From Malacoraja senta (taxonomy: Eukaryota): a DNA stretch of 64,000 bases. The translations under genes and the position numbers were made by a program. The stretch covers positions 1 through 64,000 of the forward strand of contig JAXLNO010004884.1 of the NCBI GenBank assembly GCA_038087875.1, in the 5' to 3' direction. Each line of letters starts with the position of its first letter. The first letter of the stretch is position 1. Positions 35,812-48,700 of the stretch are shown here, one piece after another. The notes beneath the pieces are model-generated. The model saw nothing but the letters and a program-made list of their open reading frames with translations. It ran no database searches and was not told the origin of the DNA.

Positions 35812-36105
35812 ACGGCACGGTGGGGCAGCGATAGAGTTGCTGCCTTAAAGTGTCAGAGCCCCGGGTCCGATCCTGACTATGGCTGCTGTCTGTACGGAGT
35901 TTGTACATTCTCCCCATGACCAGTGGGTTTTCGCCAAGATCTTCGGTTTCCTCCCACACTCCAAAGACGTACAGGTTTGTAGGTTAATAGGCTTGATATA
36001 AATGTAAATTGTCCTTCGTGTGTAGGATAGTGTTAATGTGCGGGGATCTGTGCGGACTTGTGCTGAAGGGCCTGTTTCCACACTGTATCTCTAAACTAAA
36101 CTAAA
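35812..36105 (+). mobile_element. HE1-type V-SINE
   Basis: ggcacggtggggcagcg...gagttgctgcc head, V-domain, gaagggcctgtttccacactgtatctctaaactaaact tail. Confidence 0.82.
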
Positions 36106-36474
36106 ATAATCTAAGTAAGCTTGACATCTAGAATCATGTACAGCATAGAAACAGGCCCTTCAGCCCAGCTTATCTATGCCAGCCAAGATGCCCCATCTAC
36201 CCTTGACCCACCTATCTATATTTTAGCTTAGTTTAATTTATTATTAATGTCACGTGTACTGTTTTGCAGTGAAAATGTTTATTGTGTGCTATCCAGTCAG
36301 TGAAAAGACTACATTACAATGAAGCCGTTCACAATCTATAGATACAGGGTAAATGATATCATGTTTAGTGCAATGTAAATCCAATTGGTGTTTTGCCGAT
36401 TTCCCTCCAAACCTTTCCTATCCATAGAAATTTCTATTACTTGACAATAATTGTATTATTTTCTTTGTTTCTAG

Positions 36475-36735
36475 GGCCTCACACACTGATCTATTACTAC
36501 ACCCTGAACCACGGGAGTACTTATCTACCAGAATATAGTGTCGTGGGTGTACTGGACGGTTGTGAGATACAGTATTATGACAAAAACATGGTCATCACAG
36601 TTCCAAGACAGAAATGGATGGCGGCTGCATTTGACAGGAATTACTGGGTAACAAATACGGTCTCTGAAACTGGTTTCCATGGAATCATCAAAGGGCAAGT
36701 CGATGAATGGATGCGGAGGCAGAACGAAACAGCAA
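36475..36735 (+). CDS. MHC class I exon, alpha1 domain
   Basis: ttctttgtttctag|GG acceptor, A|gttagt donor. Translation [10 protein letters not shown]...[11 protein letters not shown]...YWVTNT...WMRRQNETA matches the class I alpha1 pattern, including the terminal N-glycosylation site. Confidence 0.92.
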
Positions 36736-39700
36736 GTTAGTTCATTCATTTCTATACATTTGGAGTGTGATCAATGTTCATAAAAAAACACCTCAAAGAA
36801 ATTTCTCGCTGTGCCAGAGACCCAGGTTTGATCCTGACTACACGTTCTCCCTGTGACCACAGATATTTCCTCCAGGTGCTCCGGTTCCGTCCCATATCTT
36901 GAAAACGTGAGAGTTTGTAGGTTAATTGGGCTCTGTAAATTACTCTTGTGTGCTGAGAATGGGTGAGAAAGTGGGATTACATAGATGTGTAGGAAGGAAC
37001 TGAAGATGCTGGTTTACAGCAAAGATAGGCACAATGTGCTGGAGTAACTCAGCGGGACAGGCAGCATCTCTGGATACAAGGAATGGATGACTTTTCAGGT
37101 CAAGACCCTTCCTCAGACAGAGTGTTCCCCCTGACTTACTCCAGCATTTTGTGTCCATTTTGGGATAACATAGAACTAGTGTGAAAGATGATCGATGGTT
37201 GGCATGGAATTGGTGGGCAGAATGGCCCGTTTCCATGCTGAGTCACTAACCTAAGAACTGCAGATGCTGCAAATGTGAAATAAAAACCAAAAATGCCATT
37301 GTCTGATGGCTTCATAGTCAGTTTATCACCATGGAAACCTGTCATTACCTTATCAGTGATACTCCCTATGTCCAACCATGCCTCCCACTCCTGTCTGTAA
37401 CTTACACATTCTCACAATTCTGAAGCATTAATTTTGTTTCTCTTTCCATAGGTTCTGTTGAACTTGCTGTGTGTTCCAGCATTTTACAAATCATTGAAAT
37501 GTTGGTGGCTTTTTGAATGGTTAAAATCCCTTGCGTACCTCACCAATTGTTTTTACTTTTATTGACAAATTTTGAATGAAAAGTTGTGTGAAATATTTAA
37601 AGGATAACCTAAATGTCATTGTGGTTCAGCCGTAGTGATGCTGCCGTAGTGCCAGAGACCCAGGGTTGATCCTGGCCTCAGGTGCTGTCTGTACAGAGTT
37701 TGTACGTACTCCCCGTGACCTGCGTGGGATTTCCCCGGGTGCCCCGGTTTCCTCCCACACTCCAAGCCTGTATGCCAAAGGGGATCACTGGTCACTGTGG
37801 ACTCTAAGGGCTGTTTTCGTGCTATATCTCTAAATTATCTTGGGCACCAATTGTAAAGTAAGCTGTCCAAATCCATCTGCACCACACTTGTATATCCATA
37901 TAAGTTGCAATTGGACATGTTTTATATTGTAAATCAATAAGTCCTATCACCATTACTGTGTTAATTCAATGAAATTCGTAGTGTACCATTGAACAAAGCA
38001 GGACTAGACGTGGGGGAACCATGGTGAGGTGGGGGGGGGGGGGGGTGGGGACAAAGGAGGACCTGGTGTGGGAGACTTTATAACTTTGTCGGTGCCCTTT
38101 ATGTGAAGAATCTTGACATACGTTGGGTTTACAAAACAAAGACTTTCACTGTGACTTGTCACATGTCACAATAAAGTATCATTCATTCATGATTAATTAT
38201 TGCTGAAAACATTGCTTTTTGTTACCTCTTCGGTTACACATTAAACACATTATATTATTAATCTTTAACTGGACTAAAACAGGGTGAGGGTACTAACAGG
38301 GAACAATACATCAAAATATTATGCACTGGGCATAATTTCTATCAATTTTCCACATCTTGCAATATTTATTATTATTTTCAAATTATATGTGAATACATGT
38401 GAATGACGTTTATTACATTATCATCTGATTCATTGAACCATGTTTATTGAATCATATTGCCTTCAAAAATACGTTTTTTTATTTGCATTATTTATGGTGC
38501 ACATATTATCTGCAACATTGTTATGTTTATGAGATTTATGAGCATATTGTCGGGGCTCAAGGGTGTGAACAAGAGGGAGAGATTGGGCAAGCCAGGGCTT
38601 TATTCCATGGAGCACAGGAGGCTGAGGGGTGATCATATAGGGGTGCTTAAAATCATGAGGGGAATTGATAGATGTATGCCCAGAGCCTTTTACCCAGAGA
38701 AGGGGAATAAAATAACCAGAGGACATGGGTTTAATGTGAGAGGGGAAAGATTTAATTGGAACTTGGGACAATCTTTGTGCTCAGAGAGTGGTCAGCATAT
38801 GGAATGACCTGCCAGAGAATGGAGTTGCGGCAGGTACAATAACAATATTTAAAAGACACATGGACAGGGGCATGCATAGGTAGATAAAAGTGCTGGAGAA
38901 ACTCAGCGGGTGAGGCAGCATCTATGGAGCGAAGGAAATGGGCAACGTTTCGGGCCGAAAATCCTTCTTCAGACTGATGTGAGGGTGGGGGGAGGGGGAG
39001 GGGGGGGGACGCAGGAAAAAGAAAGGGAAAGGTGGAGCCAGTGGGCTGAGGGAGAGCTGAGATGGGGAGGAGAAAGTAAGGACTACCTGAAATTAAAGAA
39101 GTCAATGTTCATACCGCTGGGGTGTAAACTGCCCAAGCGAAATATGAGGTGCTGCTCCTCCAATTTACGGTGGTCCTCACTCTGGCCATGGAGGAGACCG
39201 AGGGCAGAAAGGTCGGATTTGGAATGGGAGGGGGGAGTTGAAGTCCTGATCCACCGGGAGATCAGGTTGGTTGTTGCGAACCGAGCGGAGGCGTTCGGCG
39301 AAACGATCGCCAAGCCTGCGCTTGGTCTCACCGATGTAGAGCAGCTGACATCTAGAGAGAAACGTTTTGAATGATGTCTACCCATTGCAGGGTAAATGGG
39401 ACTTGCTTAAATGGGGTATCATGATTAGCTTGGACAAGTTGGGCCAAAAGGCTTGTTTCCCTGCTGTGTGACTCTCTATGACTGCTTTATAGCAAAGAGC
39501 GCTGCTGCCTCATAGATCCTGTGATCCGTGCTCAATCATCTCCAGTGCAGTCTGTGTGGAGTATAAGCATTCTCCCTGTGACAATGTTTGTTCTCCAGTT
39601 TCCTCCCACATACCAAAATGTGCTGATTCAGTAGATTAAGCCACCGCTGCAAATAGGTGGATTTGTGGCATTGATAGAAATGAGGAAGATCCGTTTTGGG

Positions 39701-42700
39701 GAAAATTAGTGGTGGAATGGTTTTGTTCTCTGGGATAGAGTGGGCTCAGGAGGCTGAAAGGCCTCTTTCTCTGTCACATGGATTGATGGCCAGTTATTTA
39801 TCCTTGAACTGCCTTCTTTCTCATTTTAGTCAACAGTGTAAAATTGAAGTAATTGACTGGATTGAGCTATTTAACAATTGTAGATGAAAGGAAGAGCAGA
39901 GGCTGCTTTCCTCCACACACAAAGTGCTAAGGAACTCAACGGGTCAAGTGGCATCTTTGGAGAACATGGGAAGGCAGATATTTCTCGTGAGGATCCTACT
40001 TCAGACTGAAGTTGGGTCACATTAGAACATGCTTTGTACTCACACTCGCAGTCCAGTGTTAGTTTTCAAGGATTTTTTGTTATTCACAGCTTGTAGTTGT
40101 TACATATTCAGCAGAGAGAAGACGAGACAAACTAAAGCACCTGCAAAACACAACTAAAAGACCGCAGAAAGAAGCTTGAAAAGAAGGCTCTTATCTAAAC
40201 AACGTACTTTCAAGAGAGAGTTAGATTTAGCTCTTAAGGCTAAAGGAATCAAGGGATATGGGGGAAAAGATTAGTTAAAACAAATGTAGGTCCCTTGCAG
40301 TCAGAAACAGGTGAATTGATCATGGGGAACAAGGACATGGCAGACCAATTGATTAACTACTTTGGTTCTGTCTTCACTAAGGAAGACTTAATTAACTGCC
40401 GAAAATAGCAGGGGACCGGGGCTCAAATGAGATGGAGGAACTGAGTGAAATCCAAGTTAGCCGGGAAGTGGTGTTAGGTAAATTGAATGGATTAAAGGCC
40501 GATAAATCCCCAGGGCCAGATAGGCTGCATCCCAGAGTATTTAAGGAAGTAGCCCCAGAAATAGTGGATGCATTAGTGATAATTTTTCAAAACTCTTTAG
40601 ATTCTGGAGAAGTTCCTGAGGATTGGAGGGTACCTAATGTAACCCCACTTTTTAAAAAGGGAGGGAGAGAGAAAACGGGAATTACAGACCAGTTAGTCTA
40701 ACATCGGTAGTGGGGAAACTGCTAGAGTCAGTTATTAAAGATGGGATAGCAGCACATTAGGAAAATGGTGAAATCATTGGACAAAGTCAGCATGGATTTA
40801 TGAAAGGTAAATTATGTCTGACGAATCTTATAAAAAATTTCGAGGATGGTAACTAGTAGAGTGGATAAGGGAGAACCAGTGGATGTGTTATATCTGGACT
40901 TTCAGAAGACTTTCGACAAGGTCCCACATAAGAGATTAATATACAAACTTAAAGCACACGGTATTGGGGGTTCAGTATTGATGTGGATAGAGAACTGGCT
41001 GGCAGACAGGAAGCAAAGAGTAGGAGTAAACGGGTTCAGAATGGCAGGCAGTGACTAGTGGGGTACCGCAAGGCTCAGTGCTGGGACCCCAGCTATTTAC
41101 AATATATATTAATGATTTGGACGAGGGAATTGAATGCAACCTCTCCAAGTTTGCGGATGACACGAAGCTGGGGGGCTGTGTTAGCTGTGAGGAGGGTACT
41201 AGGAGGCTGCAAGGTGACTTGGATAGCCTGGGTGAGTGGGCAAATGCATGGCAGATGCAGTATAATGTGGATAAATGTGTGGTTATCCACTTTGCTGGCA
41301 AGAACAGGAAAGTAGACTATTACCTGAATGGTGGCCGATTAGGAAAACGGGAGATGCAACGAGACCTGGGTGTCATGGTACACCAGTCATTGAAAGTAGG
41401 CATGCAGGTGCAGCAGGCAGTGAAGAAAGCGAATGGTATGTTAGCATTCATAGCAAAAGGATTTGAGGAGCAGGGAGGTTCTACTGCAGTTGTTCAGGGT
41501 CTTGGTGAGACCACACCTGGAGTATTGCCCACTGTTTTGGTCTCCTAATCTGAGGAAGGACATTCTTGCCATAGAGGGAGTACAGAGAAGGTTCACCAGA
41601 CTGATTCCTGGGATGTCAGGACTTTCATATGAAGAAAGACTGGATAGACTCGGCTTGTACTCGCTAGAATTTAGAAGATTGAGGGGGGATCTTATAGAAA
41701 CTTACAAAATTCTTAAGGGGTTGGACTGGCTAGATGCAGGAACATTGTTCCCGATTTTGGGGAAGTCCAGAACAAGGGGTCACAGTTTAAGGATAAAGGG
41801 GAAATCTTTTAGGACTGAGATGAGAAAAACATTTTTTACACAGAGAGTGGTGAATCTCTGGAATTCTCTGCCACGGAATGTAGTTGAGGCCCGTTCATTG
41901 GCTATACTTAAGAGGGAGTTAGATGTGGCCCTTGTGGCTAAAGGGATCAGGGGTTATGGAGAGAAGGCAGGTACAGGATACTGAGTTGGATGATCAGCCA
42001 TGATCATATTGAATGGCGGTGCAGGCTCGAAGGGCCGAATGGCCTTCTCCTGCAACTATATTCTGTGTTTCTATGTTTCTAAAAGCAGGAATGGGTTACT
42101 GATTCTAGATGCAGGCATGATCATATTGAATGGCGGTGCTGGCTCAAATGGCCGAATGGCCTACTCCTGTGCCTATTTTTCTATGTTTCTATAATTAGTA
42201 TACATTCGGCTAATTGTGGTGTTTCTTGAAAACACGAAAACGAGAGAATGTAAAGGATCTGCAGAACAACTAAAAGACTGCAGAAAGCAGCTTGAAAAGG
42301 AGGCTCTTCATCTATACAACATAAGTATGTTTTATTCAGCTATCATTGTTTGTAGAGTTTCTTATTGGAATGAAAACATCATCCAAGTTTTGACCCTTCC
42401 TTGTTACTCCTGGTCCCAGGGGAATGGTTGGCATTAGCTCATTACCTTCATCCTAATAAAGGGTTGTTGTTCACAGTTGTGCCTAGCTTTTTATCAGTTA
42501 TAACCTTGAGTTCACAAACTGTTCTTTGTCTGGGCTAAAGTTCACAGACTCTCCTTTTCAAGGAGTGAGCAGTTTTAAGCAAACTGACTTCAGCAAATCC
42601 TTACAAATTCCATCACCCCCCCCCCCCCACTTTGATTCATCAATCAATGCCAGAGGGAATGAATCATCTAAGTAAAGGGGCCTGTCCCACTTACGTGTCC

Positions 42701-45700
42701 TTGGCACGCATATTACGCGTTGAGCCACGATGGTCCGGCGAAGGTCGGGCGCGATTACATGCGTACATACAGCCGTCTGGAGCGCGTGACGTCATTTGAA
42801 GATGGACACAAAGCTGGAGTAACTCAGCGGGATCGGCAGCATCTCTGGAGAGAAGGAATAGATGACGTTTCATGTCGAGACTCTTCTTCAGTCTGAAAAG
42901 AAGGGTCTTGACCCGAAACATCACCCATTGCTTCTCTCCAGAGATGCTGCCGGTCCCGCTGAGTTACTCCTGCATTTCGTGTCTATCTTCAATTTTCTTG
43001 GCCCCGCTCTGGGAGTAGAAGTGGGGGCGGATCTGGACCGCAACGGCCGTGAGCCCCAGGCCGAGTTCGGCGATCGTTTGCCTGCTTCTGCTCCTGTTGA
43101 AAGTGAGACTTTGCGTCGCGCCAGGGTCTTGGGCCTGTCCCACTTTGGCCGTCAGTTCCGCGACAGGCCGTTGGCGCGCGAAGATTTCGTTCACTACAAA
43201 ATTATTGGAGCCCCGCGCGATGTCGCGCACAACTACATACCCCTCCGCGCTTCTCAGTGAGACCGGTCCCGCGCGGCCATACGATGCCCGTGAGCCTCAA
43301 CGCGACCACGAGGTCGCATAATTTGTGTGCCAAGGACACGTAAGTGGGACAGGCCCTTAAAAATACCAAGGAAGGGTAGCGCAGCTACACATCACTGGAT
43401 ATCTTTAACCTGTTCAATCACTGGATATCTTTAACCTGTTCAATGCCACCGCCGAGTACACTAAGGATCATGGCCAATAGTGAAAAATAAACTTGGCAGT
43501 GAACAGCTTAATGGTCTCCATATTTTAGAGAAAGCCTTCAATGCCCATGAGGGGTGAGCCTTATTATATCTATGTTTCTCTAAATATAGGAAGCACTTTT
43601 GTGGTAAAAGATGGGGCAGCTCGGGCCTCGAAAAGATCCAACCTTATGTGCAGCTTTACATTTGTTTATATGCAATAAGCAAAAAGAACACAATAGAAGA
43701 TAAAACATGATAATAACTATAAGCAAAGCCAAGAGATCGTGGCCTTACACGAGTTGCTGCCTTGCAGCACCTGAGACCCGGGTTTGAACCTGACTACGAG
43801 TGGTGACTGTACGGAGTTTGCATGTTCTCCCCATAACCCGTGTGGCTTTTCTCTGAGATGTAGGTAAATTGGCTTGGTGTAAATGTAAATTGTCCCTAGT
43901 ATGGGCTGAAGGGCCTGTTTCAGCAATGTATCTCCAAAGCAGTGGTTCTTAACCTGGGGGTCATGACCCCCATGGGGGTCATTTGGGGGTTTTCCGGGGG
44001 TCATGAAGGGGTTGTAAAGAACATCAATTTGTTGAGCCTATTTTGAGGAACCTAACAAAGGTACATACCACACACAGTATTTTGTTCACGAATGCGCGTA
44101 CGTATACACAGGGCCTATGAGAGGGGGGTGCAGGGGGTACATCGTACCCGGGCCCAGAGTCCAATAGGAGCCCGGGAGCTGAAGGAGGGGGGGGTGGGAA
44201 TTTCGTGAAATCTCAGAAAATGTTTGCATATATTTTGTGAAGACTAGCATTCACATTTTGTGCCTTCAGAGTTTTATATATCGTAATTCGTAGAAATTGT
44301 GATCCATAATATAGCAGGGAATTTTAACTGGCGGGTGTGTGGTCGGGGTAACCTGATTAAAAGAGGGGGAAGGGGAAGAACCATCACTACTCATGGGTCT
44401 TCCCTGTAGGAGGAGGGAGAGCACTAGGACCCAACAGAGTCATCACTACTGATGGATCTTCCCTGTAGGACAAGGAGGGGGGAGAGCACTAGGACCCAGC
44501 AGAGTCATCACTACTGATGGATCTTCCCTGTAGGAGAAGGAGGGGGGAGAGCACTAGGACCCAGCAGAGTCATCACTATTGATGGGTCTTCCCTGTAGGA
44601 GGGAGGGGGGGGGGAGCACTAGGAGCCAGCAATCAGACCATGTGCTGTCTGCATGGTTTAGGTTGTGGGCCTGGTGCTATGCTGGGAACTCTGGTGAGGT
44701 GACGGGTCTGGCCCGCTGGTGGCAGGTGGAGAGGCGAGGGTCGGCAGAGTCGCTGGTGGAGGCCCGTGGGGAGCTGGAGTAGAGATATGGGCAGCAGCAT
44801 CATTGGCTTTCTGAAGACAGTGAAGGTCGGCGACAGTGGCTGCGGTGGCCTCGCCCGGGGAGGTGGTGAGAGTCGGCAGCCGCGGCTGTTTCAGTGGTCC
44901 GGGCCTGGGTTTGGGTCAGTGTGTGGATGGGTGTGTGTGAGTGAGTGGGTGAGGGTGTGTGTATGTGTGTGGATGTGTGTGGCTGAGTGCGTGGGTGAGG
45001 GTGTGTGTATGTGTGTGGGTGTATGTGAGTAGGTGAGTGAGTGTGTGTCTGAGTGTATGTGTGTGTTAGTGGGAGGGTGAATTTTATAAATGAAGTTAAA
45101 ACCATTAGATCTGTTGAACTTGTTAACAGACTATTGACTTGGTAACCTGTTTCCAAATGTTTGTGTTAGCTTCAGAATACTATTAACAATTCCAGCAACA
45201 GTAGCTTCTGCAGAGAGGTCATTTAGCAAACTCAAGCTGATTAAGGTCGACAATGTCTCATGAACGTCTTGTGGATTTGGCCAGGCTAAGTATTCAAAGT
45301 TAAAGTCAGTTTTATTCATCACATACACCCGAAGGTGCAGTGAAGTGAATTTGCCAGCAGTGATACACGTAAAAAGAACACACAATACACAATAAAATTG
45401 AACACAAACATCCACTACAGCATTTTTCACTGTGGTAGAAGGCAACAAGTTTCAGCCAGTCTTCCTCCTTTGTTCACCCGTGTTCGGAGCCATAACCCCT
45501 CCGTAGTCGCATCCAGGGACGGCCCGATGTACAAGGCCCTCTCGTCGGGATGATCCAAACTCCGACGTTGGGACTGACAAACACACTCTGCGGCTTGGAG
45601 GTCCCGACTCGGCACTTTCCTGCTGGAGACCGCAGCTTCAGGATGTGAGCCAGCGGTTCGAGCTCGTCTCTGGTGATCCCCGGCGAGGGATCCCAGGATC

Positions 45701-48700
45701 CGGATGGTAAGTCCACGCCACGCCCGCGGTTAGAAGCTCCGCAGACCACAGCTCCACGGTGTCAACGTATTGAATCAATAGTATTGAATCATACATTGCC
45801 AGAACAATACATTTTTATGCTGTGATTTGACATTTTTCACAAAAAAAGGCCAGGAAACCTCTTTATATAAAATAAATTTATATAATAAATCTTTTACTTT
45901 TTACAAATAATTATGTCTTTTGATGATATAAACTGCATTGAAACATAAAAAGATGTTTCAATGTGAATTCTTTCTCCTTATCTGTATTGTAGCATAAACA
46001 AAGATGTTCAAAACAAAGCTAGATTAAATGCTGGAGAAACTCAACGGGTGAGGCAGCATCAATAGAGTGAAGGAAAACAAATGAGCTTTCTGATCCTTTT
46101 ATTTTATTTATACTTATTTATATTTATCATGGAGGGTGTATAGGGACATAAGGCCTCAAATGCAGAAAATCAACAGAGCGCCCCATCCCACCCCTCTCTC
46201 ATCTTCCATACCCCTTTTTGCCGTGCAGTCTCCAGCTCATGGCATAAAACTGTAGCATAGTGGATAAAAACAGGATGACTAATGGAGAAGGGAATGAGGC
46301 CCAAAATAAAATTTGTACCCACTGATAAAATTCCTCTCAGGCCCTGCGTATACACGCACAAACAGTGTGTGTTGTGAACCATGTCTTCCAAGACGCGCAC
46401 GTATAGTGAAACATTTCTCAAGTTGGGCTTCACAAGCATTGTTCAAAATCCGTGGTCAAGCCGCGATGTGTTCTCTGTGCCAAGGTTTTGAGTCACGAGA
46501 GCATGAAGCCCAGCAAACTGAAGATCCATTTGGAGTCTTGTCACAGCAACCTGGCGGGGGAAGAGCGGGGACTATTTCAAACGAAAAGAAGCCGTACTCA
46601 AGGGATCCCGCATCTATTCAACGGGTAACTGTGCTCATCAAAATGAAGCAGCGTTGGAGGCTTCATACCGGATTGCTTATCGAATCGCACAGACTAAGAA
46701 ACCTCACAGCATCGGTGAAGAGCTTATCAAGCCACGCCTTCTCGAAACAGCGAAGTTGGTGCTGGGGGAAGAGCAGTCAAACAAGTTCAGGCAGATTTCC
46801 CTTTTGAATGACACAGTCAAAAGTTGAATCTCGGATATGAGTAATGATATTCTGCTGCAAGTAGTGAGGGCTGTGACGAGCAGTCCAGTGTATTCACTGC
46901 AACTGGACAAGTCAACAGATGTTGCCTCATGTTCCCACTGCTAGTCTACGTTCATTACCTCAATGGAGAAGCCATGCGGAGGAGGAGGAGTACCTGTTCT
47001 CGGACCCATTGGCTACTACCACTCGGGGAGAAGATGTGTTCAGAATGCTGGAAGCCGTCCTCATCAAACATGAGCTTGGCTGGGAACGCCTTGTCGGGAT
47101 GTGTACAGATGGGGCACCTTCCATGGTCGGTTGCAGATCCGGTTTCCAAGCCTTCGTGAATGATGTCGCTCCACATGTCTCCTTCCCCCACTGCTTGATA
47201 CATCGCCATGCTTTAGCGATGAAGACTCTCCCTCTTGGTCTTCTAGAAGTGCTTTCAGATGTGGTGAAGATTGTGAACCACATCCGAGAGAGTGCAACAA
47301 ACTCAAGAATCTTCAAAGTGATGTGTGAAGAAATGGGCGCCGATTTCACTATTCTGTTATTCCACACAGAGGTGCGCTGGCTATTGCGTGGTAAAGTTCT
47401 CAATCATGTGATTCAACGTTGAGAGGAAATAGCGTTGTTCTTGGAGAGAAGGTGTACTGAGAAGGAGAATCAGCTTCATGAAAAGATGCAGGTTGAACTG
47501 TTCGTGATGAAGGTTGCTTACTTGGCTGACTTCTTCGCTGAGGTGAATTCTTTCAACCTGTCACTTCAAGGAAACATCCCAATGCTACACACGGCTCGTG
47601 ACAAAGTGGCAGCATTCAGGAGGAACCTTTACCAGAGAAGAGTCCAGGACGGTGACTCGACTATCTTCCCTGAGATGATGACTCTCCTGGATGCTACGCC
47701 TGATGCTGAATGCCACTTCCACGAGGAGATCTCAACCCACCTTCTGGCAATTAGTGAAGCCATCGAACGTTACTTCCCCAGACGGGACGACCGCTCTTGT
47801 GATCAGTGGATCATCCGACCCTTTTCTGTTGAAGACGGTGGCATCAGTGATACTGACGTGACTGCGAAGGTTGAATTTTACCGAATTCGTGAAGATGCGC
47901 AACTCAAGAGTGACTTCATGGAACAAGAGCTCGCCACGTTTTGGCTGAAAGTGAAGGACTGTCCTGCTCTTTCGAAGAGGGCCTTGACCCTATTGGTCCA
48001 TTCCCCCTCAACCTCTCACTGTGAGGGTGGATTCGCAACTATGGTAACTCTGAAAACGAAGGTACGCAATAGGCTTGTGATCGACACTGACATGAGATGC
48101 TGCCTGTCGAGCATTCGTGCTCGTTTTGATTGCCTGATGACTGCGAAGCAATTTCAGCCATCCCATTGACTGAGCATTGGCTGACATGTTTTAATAAATC
48201 GGGCTGTTTTTTTCCAAATTTCGTTTCAGAGGTCACGGTACTGATCAAGAATGCCTGATGGGGTCGTGGGGCCAAAAAGATTAAGAACAACTGCTCTAAG
48301 GCTTAAACCTAAAGGGGCTAATAAAGGCCACAAAGTGGCTTTAGTGAGTCGGATTACAGAAAATCCCACATCTTTTTCAAGGTTTCATGGTTAGTTTATT
48401 GTCACATGTACCAATTAAGGTACATTGAAATGCAGACTACCATACACCATACAAAAAAAAGCAACAAGACACACAATAACGTAAAAGTTAACATAAACAT
48501 CCACAATGGAGGAGCCCGCACGTTCCTCACTGTGATAGAAGGCAATAAAGTCTAATCTCCTTCCTCTTTATCTCCCGCGGTCGGGGCAGTCAAACAATCT
48601 GCAGTCGGCGGTCGAAACCCCCATTGGGGAATCGAAACTCCCACATCGGAGCGGTCGAAACTCCTGCAGCTTGGAGGTCCCGGATGTTGGTCTCGACCGG

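Larger units (their letters stand above)
43940..48293 (+). mobile_element. hAT transposon of the Buster/Charlie group
   Basis: TIRs cagtggttcttaacct / agattaagaacaactg; flanks ctccaaag and ctctaagg (degenerate 8-bp TSD, 6/8 identical). Confidence 0.88.

Noticed and set aside
35812-35890. tRNA-like sequence
   Set aside because: It is the tRNA-derived head of a V-SINE, followed by the V-domain and LINE tail; not a tRNA gene.
43392-43445. Exact tandem duplication of ~26 bp (atcactggatatctttaacctgttca)
   Set aside because: Simple slippage duplication with no associated structure.
44370-44625. Regularly spaced repeats superficially like a CRISPR array (also 5650-5790, 6363-6530)
   Set aside because: Units are contiguous with no unique spacers, and the DNA is eukaryotic; these are minisatellites.
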